A stretch of DNA of 64,000 bases, taken from Mobula hypostoma. Its lineage: Eukaryota. The stretch lies in the NCBI RefSeq assembly GCF_963921235.1, contig NC_086108.1, positions 9,176,001 through 9,240,000 on the forward strand, read 5' to 3'. The position numbers and the translations under genes are program-made. Positions within the stretch are counted from its first letter, which is position 1. Each line of letters starts with the position of its first letter. Below the pieces are notes generated by a model. That model was not told where the DNA came from. It did not search any database and was given only the letters and a program-made list of their open reading frames with translations. Below are positions 11,526 to 24,235 of this stretch, in pieces.

Positions 11526-12350
11526 TAAAACTCTGCTTAGACCACACTCGGAGTATTGTGTTCAGTTCTGGTCACCTCATTATTGGAAGGTTGTGGAGGC
11601 TTTAAAGAGGGTGCGGAGAAGGTTTATCAGGACGCTGCCTGGATTAGAGAGGGTGTCCTATGAGGATAGTTTGAGTGAACTAGGGTGTTTCTCTTTGGAG
11701 TGAAGAAGGATGAGAGGTGACTTGATAGAAGTGTACAGACAATAAGGGGCACGTATCGAGTGAACAGCCAGAGACCTTTTCCCAGGGTGGATATGGACAA
11801 TACGAGCGGGAATAGTTCTAAGCCAGTTCCGGCAGACTGGGTGGATGAGGTCCAACAGCCAGGAAGGGGGTACTGTAACGCTCCGTGGAGAGCGAAGGGC
11901 ACGACCAGGCACAGAAGACGTCATGGTCATCCACTGAAACCAAGGAAGACCCCTGCTTGTGACGCTCGATCGTAGCAATGGACTCAGACTCCCCAGGTCG
12001 AGAGAGTGGAACTGCCCCACTGAAACGGTTTTTCCCCTTTAACAGCTCTCCCGCACGGAGCACAGCAGACAATCATCACCACTTTTAAGGTGATTGGAGG
12101 GAAGTATGGGGCGGAGGGGGATATCAGGGGCAAGTTCTTCACACAGAGTGGAGAGTGCGTGGAACATCCTGAGAGGGGTGGGGGTAAGGGCAGATACACG
12201 GGGGGGGGACGGTTTAAGAAACTCTCAAACAGGCACATGGAAGATAGAAAAATGGAGGGGAGGGTTAGACTGATCTTAGAGTAGATTAAAAGGCCAGTAC
12301 AACATTGTGGGCCGAAGAGCCTGTGGCGTGCTGTACATTTCTATGTTGTA
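11525..12350 (+). mobile_element. CR1 3' fragment interrupted by a ~260 bp insert (~11810-12075)
   Basis: GAGTATTGTGTTCAGTTCTGG and ATGAGAGGTGACTTGATAGA motifs; CR1 resumes at TTTAAGGTGATTGGAGG. Confidence 0.8.
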
Positions 12351-14137
12351 CACGCCAGTGCTTGGAGTGGAGTCACAGGCAACTTATGCATAGCAAGCTC
12401 CCACAAGCAGATACAGAAGAGACTGTGTACGCGGTGCAATACTGTTATAATGTTGCTTAATACTTCCGCATCCCTAGTTTGGGAAATAATTATTGGTCAG
12501 GACATCCGGCAACAAAATTCTGCTCTTCTGATATTATCACCACGAGCAGATGGCTTCCTACTGGGGGGGGGGGGGGGGGGATGCTGAAGTCTTTGCACCC
12601 AAAGCACTTCCTCACCATGGGCAGCAGCCTCTGGATCACCCAGCTCTGCGGGAAAAACACAAACCAGGGAGAGTGCAGCCTATCTCCCCCTCTCCAGGGC
12701 CAAGAGGCCCAGGAATGCCCATCTGTCCCCTTGTAATGGGCCATCTCCCCTCTTTCACAGCCGAGGAGCTCCAGGAGTACTTGCCTGCCCCCTTGTACCT
12801 TACTCAGGCCACTCCACACTAGAGAGCACAGCTTCCCGGACTAACCCACTGACCCACCTGAGAGAGTGGATGTGGACAGGATGTCTGCCACAGTGGGGGG
12901 GGGGGCAGTGGGGGTGGGAGTTCCCCCCCCCCAAGGAGGACACAGCCCCAGAATAGAAAAGCATCCCTTCAGAATGGAGATGAGGAAGAATTTCTTTCGC
13001 CAGAGGATGGTAAATCTTGTGGAGTTCATTGCTAGGAACAGCTGTGGAGGCCAAGTCATTGGGTATATTTAAAGTGGAGGTTAACAGGTTCTTGATTAGT
13101 CAGGCTATTCAGTGTCATGGGGCATTGGCAGGAGAATGGGTTGAGAGGTATAATAAATCAGCCATGATGGAATGGTGCAGCAGAATAGATGGGCCAAGTG
13201 GCCTAATTCTGTCATATGGACTTGTGGAACCTCCTGTTGAAGAGTGTTTATTCATCAGGGTTTCCCACCTTGGGGTCCGCAGACAGGTTGACGGTAGAGG
13301 TCCATGGCATTAAAAAAAGGTCGGGAACAACCCCTGACCTGCTGAGGTCCTCCAGCATCTCCAGCCTGCTGCTCTGGATTCCCTGCAGCGGCAGAATCTC
13401 GTGCTTACAAGTGCCACCCACACCTCACTGCCTTCCAGAGGTCCTTTCCTCTCCTGTATCATTCCTAACTTCAAACACTTCCACTTTTCTCCACAACCAT
13501 CTCAGCACAGTATGCAAATTCCACAATATCCAAATGCTACACTTGCGAACACTTTGACCATGACCTCACCCAATTGATTAACTGAAAGCAAATTCCTTCC
13601 CACCTCCCATCAAAACAAAAACTTTACAAAAGTGACAACACACTCTGCAAAAGCTAATTCAGACGAGAGGAGATACATCACATCCTAAATTTCTACAGAT
13701 GTACCATGGAGAGCATTCTAACTGGCTGAATCATCGTCTGATATGGAAGATGGGGGTGACCACTGCACAGAACTGAGGTAAGCTGCAGAGTTGTAAACTC
13801 AGTCAGCTCCATCACCGGGCATTTAGCCTCCGTAGCATCCAGGACACCTTCAAGGAGCAATGCCTCAAAAAAAGCAGCGTCCATCATGAACCACCCCCAT
13901 TCCCCAGCTCCTGTCCTCTTCTCACTGCTACCATGAGGGAGGAGCCTGAAGACACACACTCAGTGACTCAGGAACAGCTTCTTCCCCTCTGCCATCCCAT
14001 TTCTGAATGGACAATGAAAGCTTGAACTACCTCACTACTTTTGTGTGAAATACAAATATACATTACATCTATAATTTTAATTTTATATAAAATATTCTAT
14101 AGATTACAAGATATAAAATTACATATTGAAAAATGAG

Positions 14138-14312
14138 TGGCACGGTAGTATAGTGGTGAGCACAGTGCTTTACAGTGCCAGAGACACAGGTTCAGGTCCT
14201 GCTGTGCCTGTAAGGAGTCTGTACGTTCTCCCCGTGACTGCGTGGATTTCCTCCGGGTGCTCCGGTTTCCTCCCACAGTCCAAAGACGTACCGGTTGGTA
14301 GGTTAATTGGTC
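14138..14312 (+). mobile_element. V-SINE (HE1-like)
   Basis: tRNA-like head followed by GGGTGCTCCGGTTTCCTCCCACAGTCCAAAGAC. Confidence 0.85.
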
Positions 14313-14675
14313 AGTGACCCAGAGAGCTACGATAGCTGAAGTCAGGGTTTAATGCCTTGGCTCTTGGTAGGGTCACCCATGCCAAACAGGTCGAAGGGTA
14401 GAGGTCAGACTAAGAGTGGTCCACCGGTCCTCCAGGTCCGGAGGTTCAGCTCAGGGTTGACAACACTGACCGGTCAAACAAAATTGTTACAGAAACAGCA
14501 AACTTCTACATCTGAGTGCGATGGTATTCCTGAGTCTCCACCCGGGACTCATGTGACTGACAGGAGTGAAAACCGAGAGGAATCTACTGACACGATGAAG
14601 GAAGCCCTGAACACCACCAGAGACGGAGAACCTTCATTGCTAAAATAAACACCAGCGGGGTAATGGGCAGAGTGT
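14313..14675 (+). mobile_element. RTE-derived short element, copy 2 (5' truncated)
   Basis: Colinear with 22435-22957 and ends AAACACCAGCGG. Confidence 0.7.
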
Positions 14676-17239
14676 AAATGGCTAGAAGGCCAAGGGCCTA
14701 CTCTGCACTGCATCTCAATAAATAAATAAATAGTTTGATAGTTCCATTTAATATCACAGAATTAATACAATATACAACCTAAAATTCACAAGCATAGGAC
14801 AAATAAGGTATAATGTATTATACATTATAAATCATGCATATAAAATAGTATATACATTAATAGCATACACATATGTACACTATGAATTATATACAAAATG
14901 TAATTTATATTACAGATTGTAATTTATAGTATATTTTAAGTCTTGCACTGTACTGCTGCGACAAAGCCACAAATTTCAGTAAACCCGATTCCAATTCATA
15001 AGTAATAAATGGTAACAATGTCAGTGCCTACAAGGAGGAGGATACAATCCAGTCCAAGATCGAACCTGAAAGTTCGAAGCAACAAGCTGGAGATGGGACG
15101 GCAACAGAAGGATGGTGGAAACAGTTAACTAGTTACATAACAACTTTGACGAAGCATAATCACTTTGCTGAAATTCAGCTGGGGGGGGGGGGCGGGGAGT
15201 CATTCCTGGTGCCAAACATCAGTGGCAGAAGCTAATTTCAACAACCCTGCAACCCAGATATCTAACAGCAAACTGCTTATCTTTCACATCATTAATGAAG
15301 TCAAGATTCAAGGTTGCTTAATATAATTTCCAGTACACAATTGTAAAGGAGAACCAAATTATTATCACTCTGAACTGATGCAGCACAAAAAAACACAATT
15401 TTAAAACAATAAATATAAACAGATAAGATAGTTTATATACACAGATTGATTGTATGCCCATAAAGTGACACCAAGCACAGGAGTGTCTGTACAGAAGGTG
15501 ACTGACAGGAAATGATAAAGTAGTGGTGGTTGGGGGTGTGGAGGGGTGGGTTAGTGGGTGGAGGTGTTGATCAGCCTGACTACTTGGGGAAAGGAACTGG
15601 TTTTGAGTCTGGTCGTCCTGGTGTGACAACTACAAAAGCTCTTTGCTCTCACTGCTTTTCTTTTCCTCTTCGATTTTATTTATCCTATGCTGTTGTATCT
15701 TGGAACTGCATTTCTGACACAATATTTACAGTACAGAAATATCATTCATTTAACTCTGCAAAAAAAAATCCCACAAGACACATGCTGAGGGTCAAGAGCA
15801 ATGCATTCCAAATTAACCCCCGACTCTCGAGAAGGAATAACAACATAAAAGGTGGAACAGTGCCAGGAAATGGGGCAAAAGGAGAAAAGAGCCCCCCCAA
15901 CCCCCACCAGGAAATGGGAGCAAAAGGAGAAAAGAGCTCCTTTCCTGGTGGGGGTTGAAGGGGCTTAGGTTCAGACAGAAGGTAAAGGGGCAAATATCCA
16001 GGCACAGACACCAGCAGGAACAGAAAGGACGAATGAGAACCTGCATACTAACTCCATCTCTCTCATGGGACAGCAAGGAAGTAGTTTCAAACCAGAAGTT
16101 AGAGCCAAGTGAATAAACTATCACTCAATTCAGCAACTACACACTACCAGCAAACTCCAGGTAAATTTGAATATCAACACAATCACGTAATAAAATTACA
16201 AGCACAGTAAGATTAAGCTAAACATATTAAAGTGAGACTTCAAAATTGTGCTACTTTAAGGTACAGAATCCTTGGATAGTGTGGGAGTATTCGCCAGCTA
16301 CTTTTATTTTAAAATTAAATCACTATTTGACACCAAACAATTTCACCAGTGTAACATTCTGCTTCAAAAGTAAAATAGAACTCGCTTAAGGGAACTAGAG
16401 CAGGGCAGAGCTTTGCAAATACTTCCTTCAAGAGATAAATACATTCAATTGTGTGGGAAAAAAAAACTGAAGCTGAAAGCACAAATGAAATTGCAACAAT
16501 CCTAAATGCTTTGGATACTGCTAGTTGTTCATTTTCGCTTTCTTTTTGCTTAAGAAAAGTGCAACACAGGGTCGCAACTGATGCTGGTGGTTGGGGGGGG
16601 GTGGGGGTAAAGGAATAGAAGAGGTGGCCGTCCCGAAAAGCAAGTGGGCCTAAAAATTAACCCTCAAGACAGATGGGTAAGGGGGATATCTGAAGGAAGA
16701 AGGGGGGGCGAGGAAGAGAAAACTTTCACCGATTTAAAAAAAAAGGGGGGGGAGGAGAGGAGCAGGGAGGGAGGGAGGGAGGGAGGGAAAAGACGACCGG
16801 TGGAACGGGACAACATTGGGATTTATCAACATTCGGAAATGGAACGCCGAGACATGTATCAACGTTCCATTCGCAGGGACTTCAAAGGGAAAAGAGATAC
16901 ATTGTAGCAGTCTGCAACATGACCTGCGACAGGAGCACTTAAGACAAGCAGAGGCGGCCCCCCGGGTTATTGTTTGTATCGCTGTGCTGTTTCTTTTTTT
17001 AATTTTTTTTTAAAAAAGGAATAAGGTGGTTTGAGGGGAGGGAGGGGGTGTTTTTTTTAAATAAAAGAGGATAATGGGCATTTTTTCCCTGGAATTGTTG
17101 TTTTACCTCTCGCGCTCTCTCTCTCTCTCTCTCTCGGAAGGGAGGGGTGGGGAGGGGTAGTAAGAGCGGGCGCGAGAGAGAGAGAGAAAATAAGGGAAAG
17201 ACATTTAAGAGAAATTTGTAATACTCGAAAGGAACTCAC

Positions 17240-17700
17240 CGTCATGAAGAGCGCCTGCCTAACGGGGTTTCCTCGCCATCACATCAGGGGCTAACATGAC
17301 TGAAGGGAGGTCATAACAACAGCTGTTCCCGCACAGTCCTGTCAAAAAATGCAATCACCTTTTCAAAGCTTCGGCTAAACACCAGCCCCTCTCTCCACAG
17401 ACACCTCACCCGGCAGGAAAAAATATTTCACTCCCATTTTTCCAGGTATTTATTTACTAGGTGATTTTTTTCTTTTATTCTAAATTGTTATGTTTTCATT
17501 TGGTCCTTTCCAGCTGGGCTCATCACCCGCAGTTTTTAAATCTGAGCCTAATTATTCGTGCATTGATTTCCCTGCACTGGTCTCCAACCCAGACGTTTTC
17601 TTTCACTTTTAATTATTTTCCAAAATTCAAGGCACATTTCTTGGTCGCCTCCTCACTGGGGTCCTTCGGGTGCCAAATCAATAGATGATGAGCCAGGGGT
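17240..17700 (-). other. Probable first exon of an unidentified host gene (5' boundary uncertain)
   Basis: Strong donor ACG|GTGAGT at 17240/17239, downstream of a CCAAT cluster, inside a CpG-retaining TE-free island. ATG at 17245 is two codons before the donor. A second possible donor CGG|GTGAGG lies near 17410. Confidence 0.55.
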
Positions 17701-18250
17701 CGATGGGCGCATCTGATTGGCTAAGAATCGCACCGCAGAGGCCAATAGCCGTTCATGATTGGCGAGCAGGCCGCCACTCGTTGACTGATGAGCCTGCCAC
17801 TGATGGCTGCGTTCCGTTGGCTAACTATGGATCGCGATTAGCCAATCGTCACTGAGCAATGGCCAAAGGCCTCTATTGCTACTGGCTGATAAATTGGAAC
17901 TTCATAGTTTCTCTTGATAGGCTGATGAACCGGAGGACGATGACTACTTCTGATTGGCCGTTGAGCCAGTGGTTAATATTTATATTATTGGTCAATACAA
18001 GTTCTACCTTGAAAGGAGTGAGGCTGGAGGGAAGAGAGAGAGAGAGTGTGAGTGAGTGAGTGAAAGTGAGAGAGAGATAGATACAGACAGGCAGATAGAC
18101 AAGAGCTCATCTGGCCCTGATTGGTCGGATGGAATGGATTGACGGAGCCTGCTTAATTATTCATAAGTAGGTGGGCGGGGCAGACAAAGTTGACAAGCTC
18201 GCTCATTGGCTGGATTTGAATGTAGTACGTCGGTGGCCGGAATGTTGTTG
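17700..18250. promoter_or_regulatory. CCAAT (NF-Y)-rich Pol II promoter with GC box
   Basis: Exact CCAAT/ATTGG at 17716, 17742, 17758, 17842, 17893, 17953, 17987, 18120 and 18205; GTGGGCGGGGC at 18171-18181; CpGs retained. Confidence 0.75.
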
Positions 18251-19042
18251 TGACTAATTGTGTCTCTGTATCTGTGGGTGGCAAAGGCGGAAGGGGATGG
18301 ATGTGTTTTAATTCATGAAAAAGCAAACTCTGTACGGAGAGGTAATCCACGCCTTTCTCTTGCCTGACTCATGGCGTCATTTCACCTGTCACTGAAGGTT
18401 CAGGAACTCTTCGGGAGTATAGTATTGACAGTAACAATACCGCCTCTGATAGGAAACCATCCGAAGGCACTTTGCAGGGACGTAATTTCACATGAATTAG
18501 ACGTGAGGGGAGATGGTAGATATTTGGTCAAACGATTAGGAGAGCGGGGAGGTTTGGGGTAGAGTTCAGCAGTTGAAATCTGGCTTTCATTGGTGGGGAA
18601 CTACAAAAGTGGAATTGAAGGCTTATGGAGATCCCAGAGAAATTGAGCTGGGGAGATCAAAATCGAGTTTATGCTCAGATGCACAAGTACACGTATGCAC
18701 GGGTGCGATGAATAACTTAGCTGCAGCAGCATTAAGGCACAGAGCGTCAGATAAGCAGCGATCACAAGGAAAACATCAACAAAAATTCGACACAGTTTTA
18801 AAGACAAAACATAATCACAACAAAAAAATCCGTTGTAGTACGAAGTCCAAGCCCAAGGCAAAGTAAATTTATTATCAAAGTTATTATTTATTTATCAGCC
18901 CCTCGGGTCCGGGGGGTCACACAGCTCAGTAATCCCCCAGCTGAACCCCAGCCTAATCACCGGACAATTTACAACGACCATTGACCGTGTGGTCACAGAA
19001 AGGACGTACAGACTCCTTACGGGCAGCAACAGGACATATGCT

Positions 19043-19078
19043 AGTCCTGATGAAGGGTCTCAGCCTGAAACATCGATT
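19043..19078 (+). ncRNA. Minimal hammerhead in PLE 3' fragment (near intact)
   Basis: AGTC-CTGATGA-A-GGG-TCTCAG-CCT-GAA-ACAT-C-GATT; core intact, stems carry transitions. Confidence 0.55.
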
Positions 19079-19275
19079 CTTTATTTTATTCCATATAGAT
19101 GCTGCCTCACCTGCTCAGTTCCTCCAGCGTTTTGTGTGCTCATTGCTATGTCACTATTTACCACCCTCAGGTTAATTTTCTTATGGGCATTCACAGTGGA
19201 GTCACAGTTTGCTGTATTGAGGTAATGATTAGGGTTGTGCCAGTTGGTTCAAGAACTGAATGGCTGAAGGGAAAT

Positions 19276-22110
19276 ATAGAAACATAGAAAACCTACAGGC
19301 CCTTCGGCCCAAGATGCTGTGCCGAACATGTACTTATTTTAGAAATTACCTAGGGTTACCCATAGCCCTCTTTTTTTCTAAGCTCCATGTACCTATCCAG
19401 GAGTCTCTTAAAAGACCCTATCATATCCGCCTCCACCACCGTCGCTGGCAGCCCATCCCACACACTCACCACACTCTGCGTAAGGAACTTACCTGTGACA
19501 TCTCCTCTCTGTAAATTGAAAGTTTTGTTATGCTGAGCAAAAAAAAAAAATTTTAAACGGTGCCCTCTTGTTTTCGCCATTTCAGCCCTGGGAAAAAGCC
19601 TCTGACTATCCAGATGATCAATGCCTCTCATCATCTTATACACCTCTATCAGGTTACCTCTCATCCTCTGTCGCTCCAAGTAGAAAAGGCCAAATTCACT
19701 CAACCTATTCCCATAAGGCATGCTCCCCAATCCGGGCAACATTCTTGAAAATCTCCTCTGCACCCTTTCTATAGTTTCCACATCCTTCCTGTAGTGAGAT
19801 GACCAGAAATGAACACAGTACTCCAAGTGGGGTCTGACCAGGGTCCTATACAGCTGCAACATTACCTCTCGGCTCTCAAACTCAACACCACGATTGATGA
19901 AGGCCAATACACCATATACCTTCTTAACCACAGAGTCAACCAGCGCAGCAGCTTTGAGTGTCCTATGGACTCGGACCCCAAGATCTCTCTGACCCTCCAC
20001 ACTGCCAAGAGTCTTACCATTAATACTATATTCTGCCATCATATTTGACCTACCAAAATGAACCATCTCACACTTATCTGGGTTGAACTTCATCTGCCAC
20101 TTCTCAGCCCAGTTTTGCTTCCTATCAATGTCCTGCTGTAACCTCTGACAGCCCTCCACACTATCCATAACACCTCCAACCTTTGTTTCATCAGCAAACT
20201 TACTAACCCATCCCTCCACTTCCTCAACCAGGTCATTTGTAAAAATCTTTAAGAGAAGGTCCCTGAGGCACACCACAGGTCACCGACCTCCATGCAGAAT
20301 ATGACCCATCTACAACCACTCTCTGCCTTCTGTGGGCAAGCCAATTCTGGATCCACAAAGCAATGTCCCCTTGAATCCCATGCTTCCTTACTTTCTCAAT
20401 AAGCCTTGCGTGGGATACCTTATCAAATGCCTTGCTGAAATCCATATACACTACATCTACTGCTCTACCTTCATCAACGTGTTCAGTCACATCCTTAAAA
20501 AATTAATTCAGGCTCATAAGTCACAACCTGCCTTTGACAAAGCCATGCTGACTATACCAAATCATATTATGCCTCTCCAAATGTTCATAAATCCTGCCTC
20601 TCAGGAATTCTCCATCAATTTACCAACCACTGAAGTAAGACTCACTGGTCCATAATTTCCTGGGCTACCTCTACTCCCTTTCTTGAATAAGGGAACCACA
20701 TCTGCAATTCTCCAATCCTCCAGAACCTTTCCCATCATCATTGATGATGTAAAGATCATTGCCAGAGGCTCAGCAATCTCCTCCCTCGCCTCCCACAGTA
20801 GCCTAGGGTATATCTCATCGGTTCTGGTGACTTATCCAACTTGATGCTTTCCAAAAGCTCCAGCACGTCCTCTTTCTTAATATCTATATGCTCAAGCTTT
20901 TCAGTCCACTGTAAGTCATCCCTGCAATTGCCAAGGTCCTTTTCCATAGTGAATACTGAAGCAAAGTATTCATTAAGTACCTCAGCTATCTCCTCCTTTT
21001 CCATACACACTTTTCCACTGTCACACTTGATTGGTCTTATTCTCTCATGTCTTATCCTTTTGCTCTTCACGTACTTGTAGAATGCCTTGGGGTTTTCCTT
21101 AATCCTGCCTGCCAAGGCCTTCTCATGGCCCCTTCTGGCTCTCCTAATTTCATTCTTAAGCTCCTTCATGCTAGCCTTATAATTTTCTAGATCTCTATCA
21201 TTACCTAGTTTTTTGAACTTTTCGTAGGCTTTTCTTCTTGACTAGATTTTCAACAGCCTTTGTACACCACGGTTCCTGTACCCTACCATCCTTTCCCTGT
21301 CTCAATGGAATGTACCTATGCAGAATGCCACGCAAATATCCCCTGAACATTTGCCACATTTCTGCCGTACATTTCCCTGAGAACATCTGTTCCCAATTTA
21401 TGCTTCCAAGTTCCTGCCTGATAGCCTCATATTTCCCCTTACTCCAATTAAACACTTTCCTAACTTGTCTGTTCCTATCCCTCTCCGATGCTATGGTAAA
21501 GGAAATAGATTGTGATCACTATCTCCAAAATGCTCTCCCACTGAGAGACCTGACACCTGACCAGGTTCATTTCCCAATACCAGATCAAGTACAGCCTCTC
21601 CTCTTGTAGGCTAATCTACATATTGTGTCAGGAAACCTTCCTGAACACACCCAACAAACTTCACCCCATCGAAATCCCTTGGTCTAGGGAGATGCCAATC
21701 AATATTTGGGAAATTAAAATCTCCCATCACGACAACTCTGTTATTATTACACCTTTCCAGAATCTGTCTCCCTATCTACTCCTCGATGTCCCTGTTACTA
21801 TTGGGAGGTCTATAAAAAACACCCAACAGAGTTATTGACCCCTTCCTCTTCCTAACTTCCACCCACAGAGACTCAGTAGACAATCCCTCCATGACTCCCT
21901 CCTTTACTGCAGCCGTGACACTATCTCTGATCAACAGTGCCACACCCCCACCTCTTTTGCCTCCCTCCCTGTCCTTTCTGAAACATCTAAAGCCTGGCAC
22001 TCTAAGTAACCATTCCCGCCCCTGAGCCATCCAAGTCTCTGTAATGGCGACAACGTCATAGCTCCAAGTACTGATCCACGCTCTAAGCTCATCTGCTTTG
22101 TTCATGATGC
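19276..22110 (-). mobile_element. CR1 LINE, nearly complete ORF2 (APE endonuclease + RT), frameshifted
   Basis: VAITETW, GGGVALLI, FYRPPN, YMDFSKAFDKV, GVPQG, SKFADET; (TTTCTATG)-type 3' tail at ~19276. Confidence 0.95.
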
Positions 22111-22384
22111 AACTGGTGTTGTGGAACTTCACTCCTTTGGTGCAGATCTTTGATGACACGTGGTGTCATCTTTGGCAGTGCCTCCTACCACTGATGGTGG
22201 GGAGGGATGTAACCGAAATGTATTGGGCTAAGTCCACTAGTCTTTGCAGCTTCTTGCATTCCTGTGCATTTGAATTGCTGTATCAGACATGTCGCAGCCA
22301 ATCAGGATACTTTCAAAGGTGCATCTGTAGAAATTAGCAGGTCAGGAAGCATCTATGAAAATGAATATTCAACATTTCGGGATG

Positions 22385-22957
22385 ACCTCCAAGAGGACCA
22401 CAGCCTTGTCATGGTTTGGAGGTTTGTGTGCCTCAGTGACCCGGAGAGCTATGCTGGCCAGAGTCAGGGCTTCATGCTTTGGCTCTTGGTTGGGTCACCC
22501 ATGACAAACAGGTCAAAATGTAGAGGCCAGACTAAGAGTGGCCCACTGATTGGAGGTTTTGGAGGTTCAGCTCAGGGACAACAACCTTAACCAACAAAAC
22601 AAAATTGTTTTTTGTAATCTGTTCAATATACGTATACTGTAATTTATTTATTATTATTATTATTTTAGTTTTTTTCTTCTATATTATGCTTTGCATTGAA
22701 CTGCTGCTGCTGTTAACAAATTTCACGACATATGCCGGTGATAATAAACCTGATTCTGATTCTGAAAAACGTAAAGGAAACAGCAATAATGAATCCTTCG
22801 ACACCTGAGTGTGATGGTATTCCTGAGTCTGTAGTCAGGACATGTGTGACCAGCAGGAGTGAAAACCCAGAGGAAGCTACTGACATGATGAAGTTTGCCC
22901 CGAACAGCACCAGAGATGGACGACCTTCATTGCTGCCCAAAACACCAGCGGCGTGAC
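22385..22957 (+). mobile_element. RTE-derived short element, copy 3 (with nested LINE tail ~22605-22765)
   Basis: GGACCACAGCCTTGTC 5' end as in BovB-type RTEs; colinear with copies 1 and 2. Confidence 0.7.
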
Positions 22958-23261
22958 AAGTATTTCAGGCTGAGACTAGTCATCAGAATGAAGAGTCCTG
23001 ATGAAAGTCTTGGCCAAAAAGGTCAAATATTTATTCCTCTCCATAGGTGCTGCCTGGCCTGCTGAGTTATTACAGCATTTTGCGTGTGCTGCTTTGGATT
23101 TCCAGCCTCTGCAGAATCTCTTGTGTTTCTGTAGAAATTAGTTAGAGACCACATTCATTATGTTTTAGGAACAGCATCTTCCTCTCTGCCATCCAGTTTC
23201 TTAATGGTCCATGAACCCATGAACAATACATCATTATTCCTCTTTTGCACTACTTATTATC

Positions 23262-23845
23262 GTCTGGAGGAGAGAAAGCAGCGCGCTGCGCATGTGCAGC
23301 CCTCTGGTGAAAAATGATATCGTATCCGTTAAATAGGAGCTGTGGACAATTCTGATTTGATGGAGAGGGACGTGAAAGTACAGAGGAACATCTGGAGAAA
23401 TTTCTGAAACGCTCGTTTGCTGCTGTCATGAATCTTTCAGAGGGTAGGCCTCAAAATCCCCGGCTTTGCCTGCTGTTGGTGACTGAGAAGGAGGTCGAAT
23501 TGTTTGGACAGAGATGGCGGTCAGTACTCGGTGTCGGAGAGGTGATCACAGCTCGAAGTTTTCGGATGACTCAGAGTCGGATTGTGGTCGGGCATGGCAG
23601 GGAGAGTTTTTCTTCCTTCTCCCGCCTGTGTGAGATTTGGGACATTTGAGAGACTTTGAACTTTACTGTGCTCATGGACTTCATCAAGTTATGGTATTGT
23701 GCACTGTTGTAACTACATGTTATAATTATGTGGTTTTGTCAGTTTTTTCAGTCTTGGTCTGTCCTGTGTTTTGTGATATCACACCGGAGGAAATAATGTA
23801 CTGAATGACAATAAAAGAGGACTACGTGTCTTCATAATCTAAATC
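23262..23845 (+). mobile_element. Non-coding ~580 bp retroposon with CpG-rich head and LINE-like tail
   Basis: Ends GACAATAAAAGAGG...AATCTAAATCTA; approximate duplication CTACTTATT/CTATTTATT in the flanks. Confidence 0.45.
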
Positions 23846-23884
23846 TATTTATTTGTTTGTTTGTTTGTTTATTTATTTGTTCGA

Positions 23885-24235
23885 CGGTAGGGTGGAGACA
23901 TGTCTCTACCAAAGGAGGTGTGAGGTGCTCCTTCCGTCCACTGGCCTGCAGGTCACCCTTGGGCAAGAGTGCACCTGATTAGCCCCTCCACCCCCCGATC
24001 AGGGTCACGCGAAGCCATGGTCGGAGGTGGTGGATGGTCGTATGAGCAGCCGGTGCAGATCACCAGTCCTGGTGATGCGACCACTGAAACCAGGCAGACG
24101 ATCTCTGAAGAGTATTGATAATGGCTGGGGTCACCCCTGTTGTAAAGACACTGTCCAGGAAAAGAAAATGGCAAACCAGTTCTGTAGGAATTTGCCAAGA
24201 ACAATCACCTATGTCGCAGCACATAACCCACGAAC
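23885..24235 (+). mobile_element. RTE-related non-coding element
   Basis: AATGGCAAACCA...TTGCCAAGAA motif typical of RTE/BovB-type ends. Confidence 0.5.

Noticed and set aside
10860..12530. Ancient Deu-domain SINE relics (~10860-10970 and ~12380-12530) as conserved enhancers
   Set aside because: Similarity is recalled only loosely and is too decayed to support without an alignment.
17240..17700. Assigning a gene symbol to the first exon
   Set aside because: At most two codons are available, and no downstream coding exon was recognisable in 1-17 kb.
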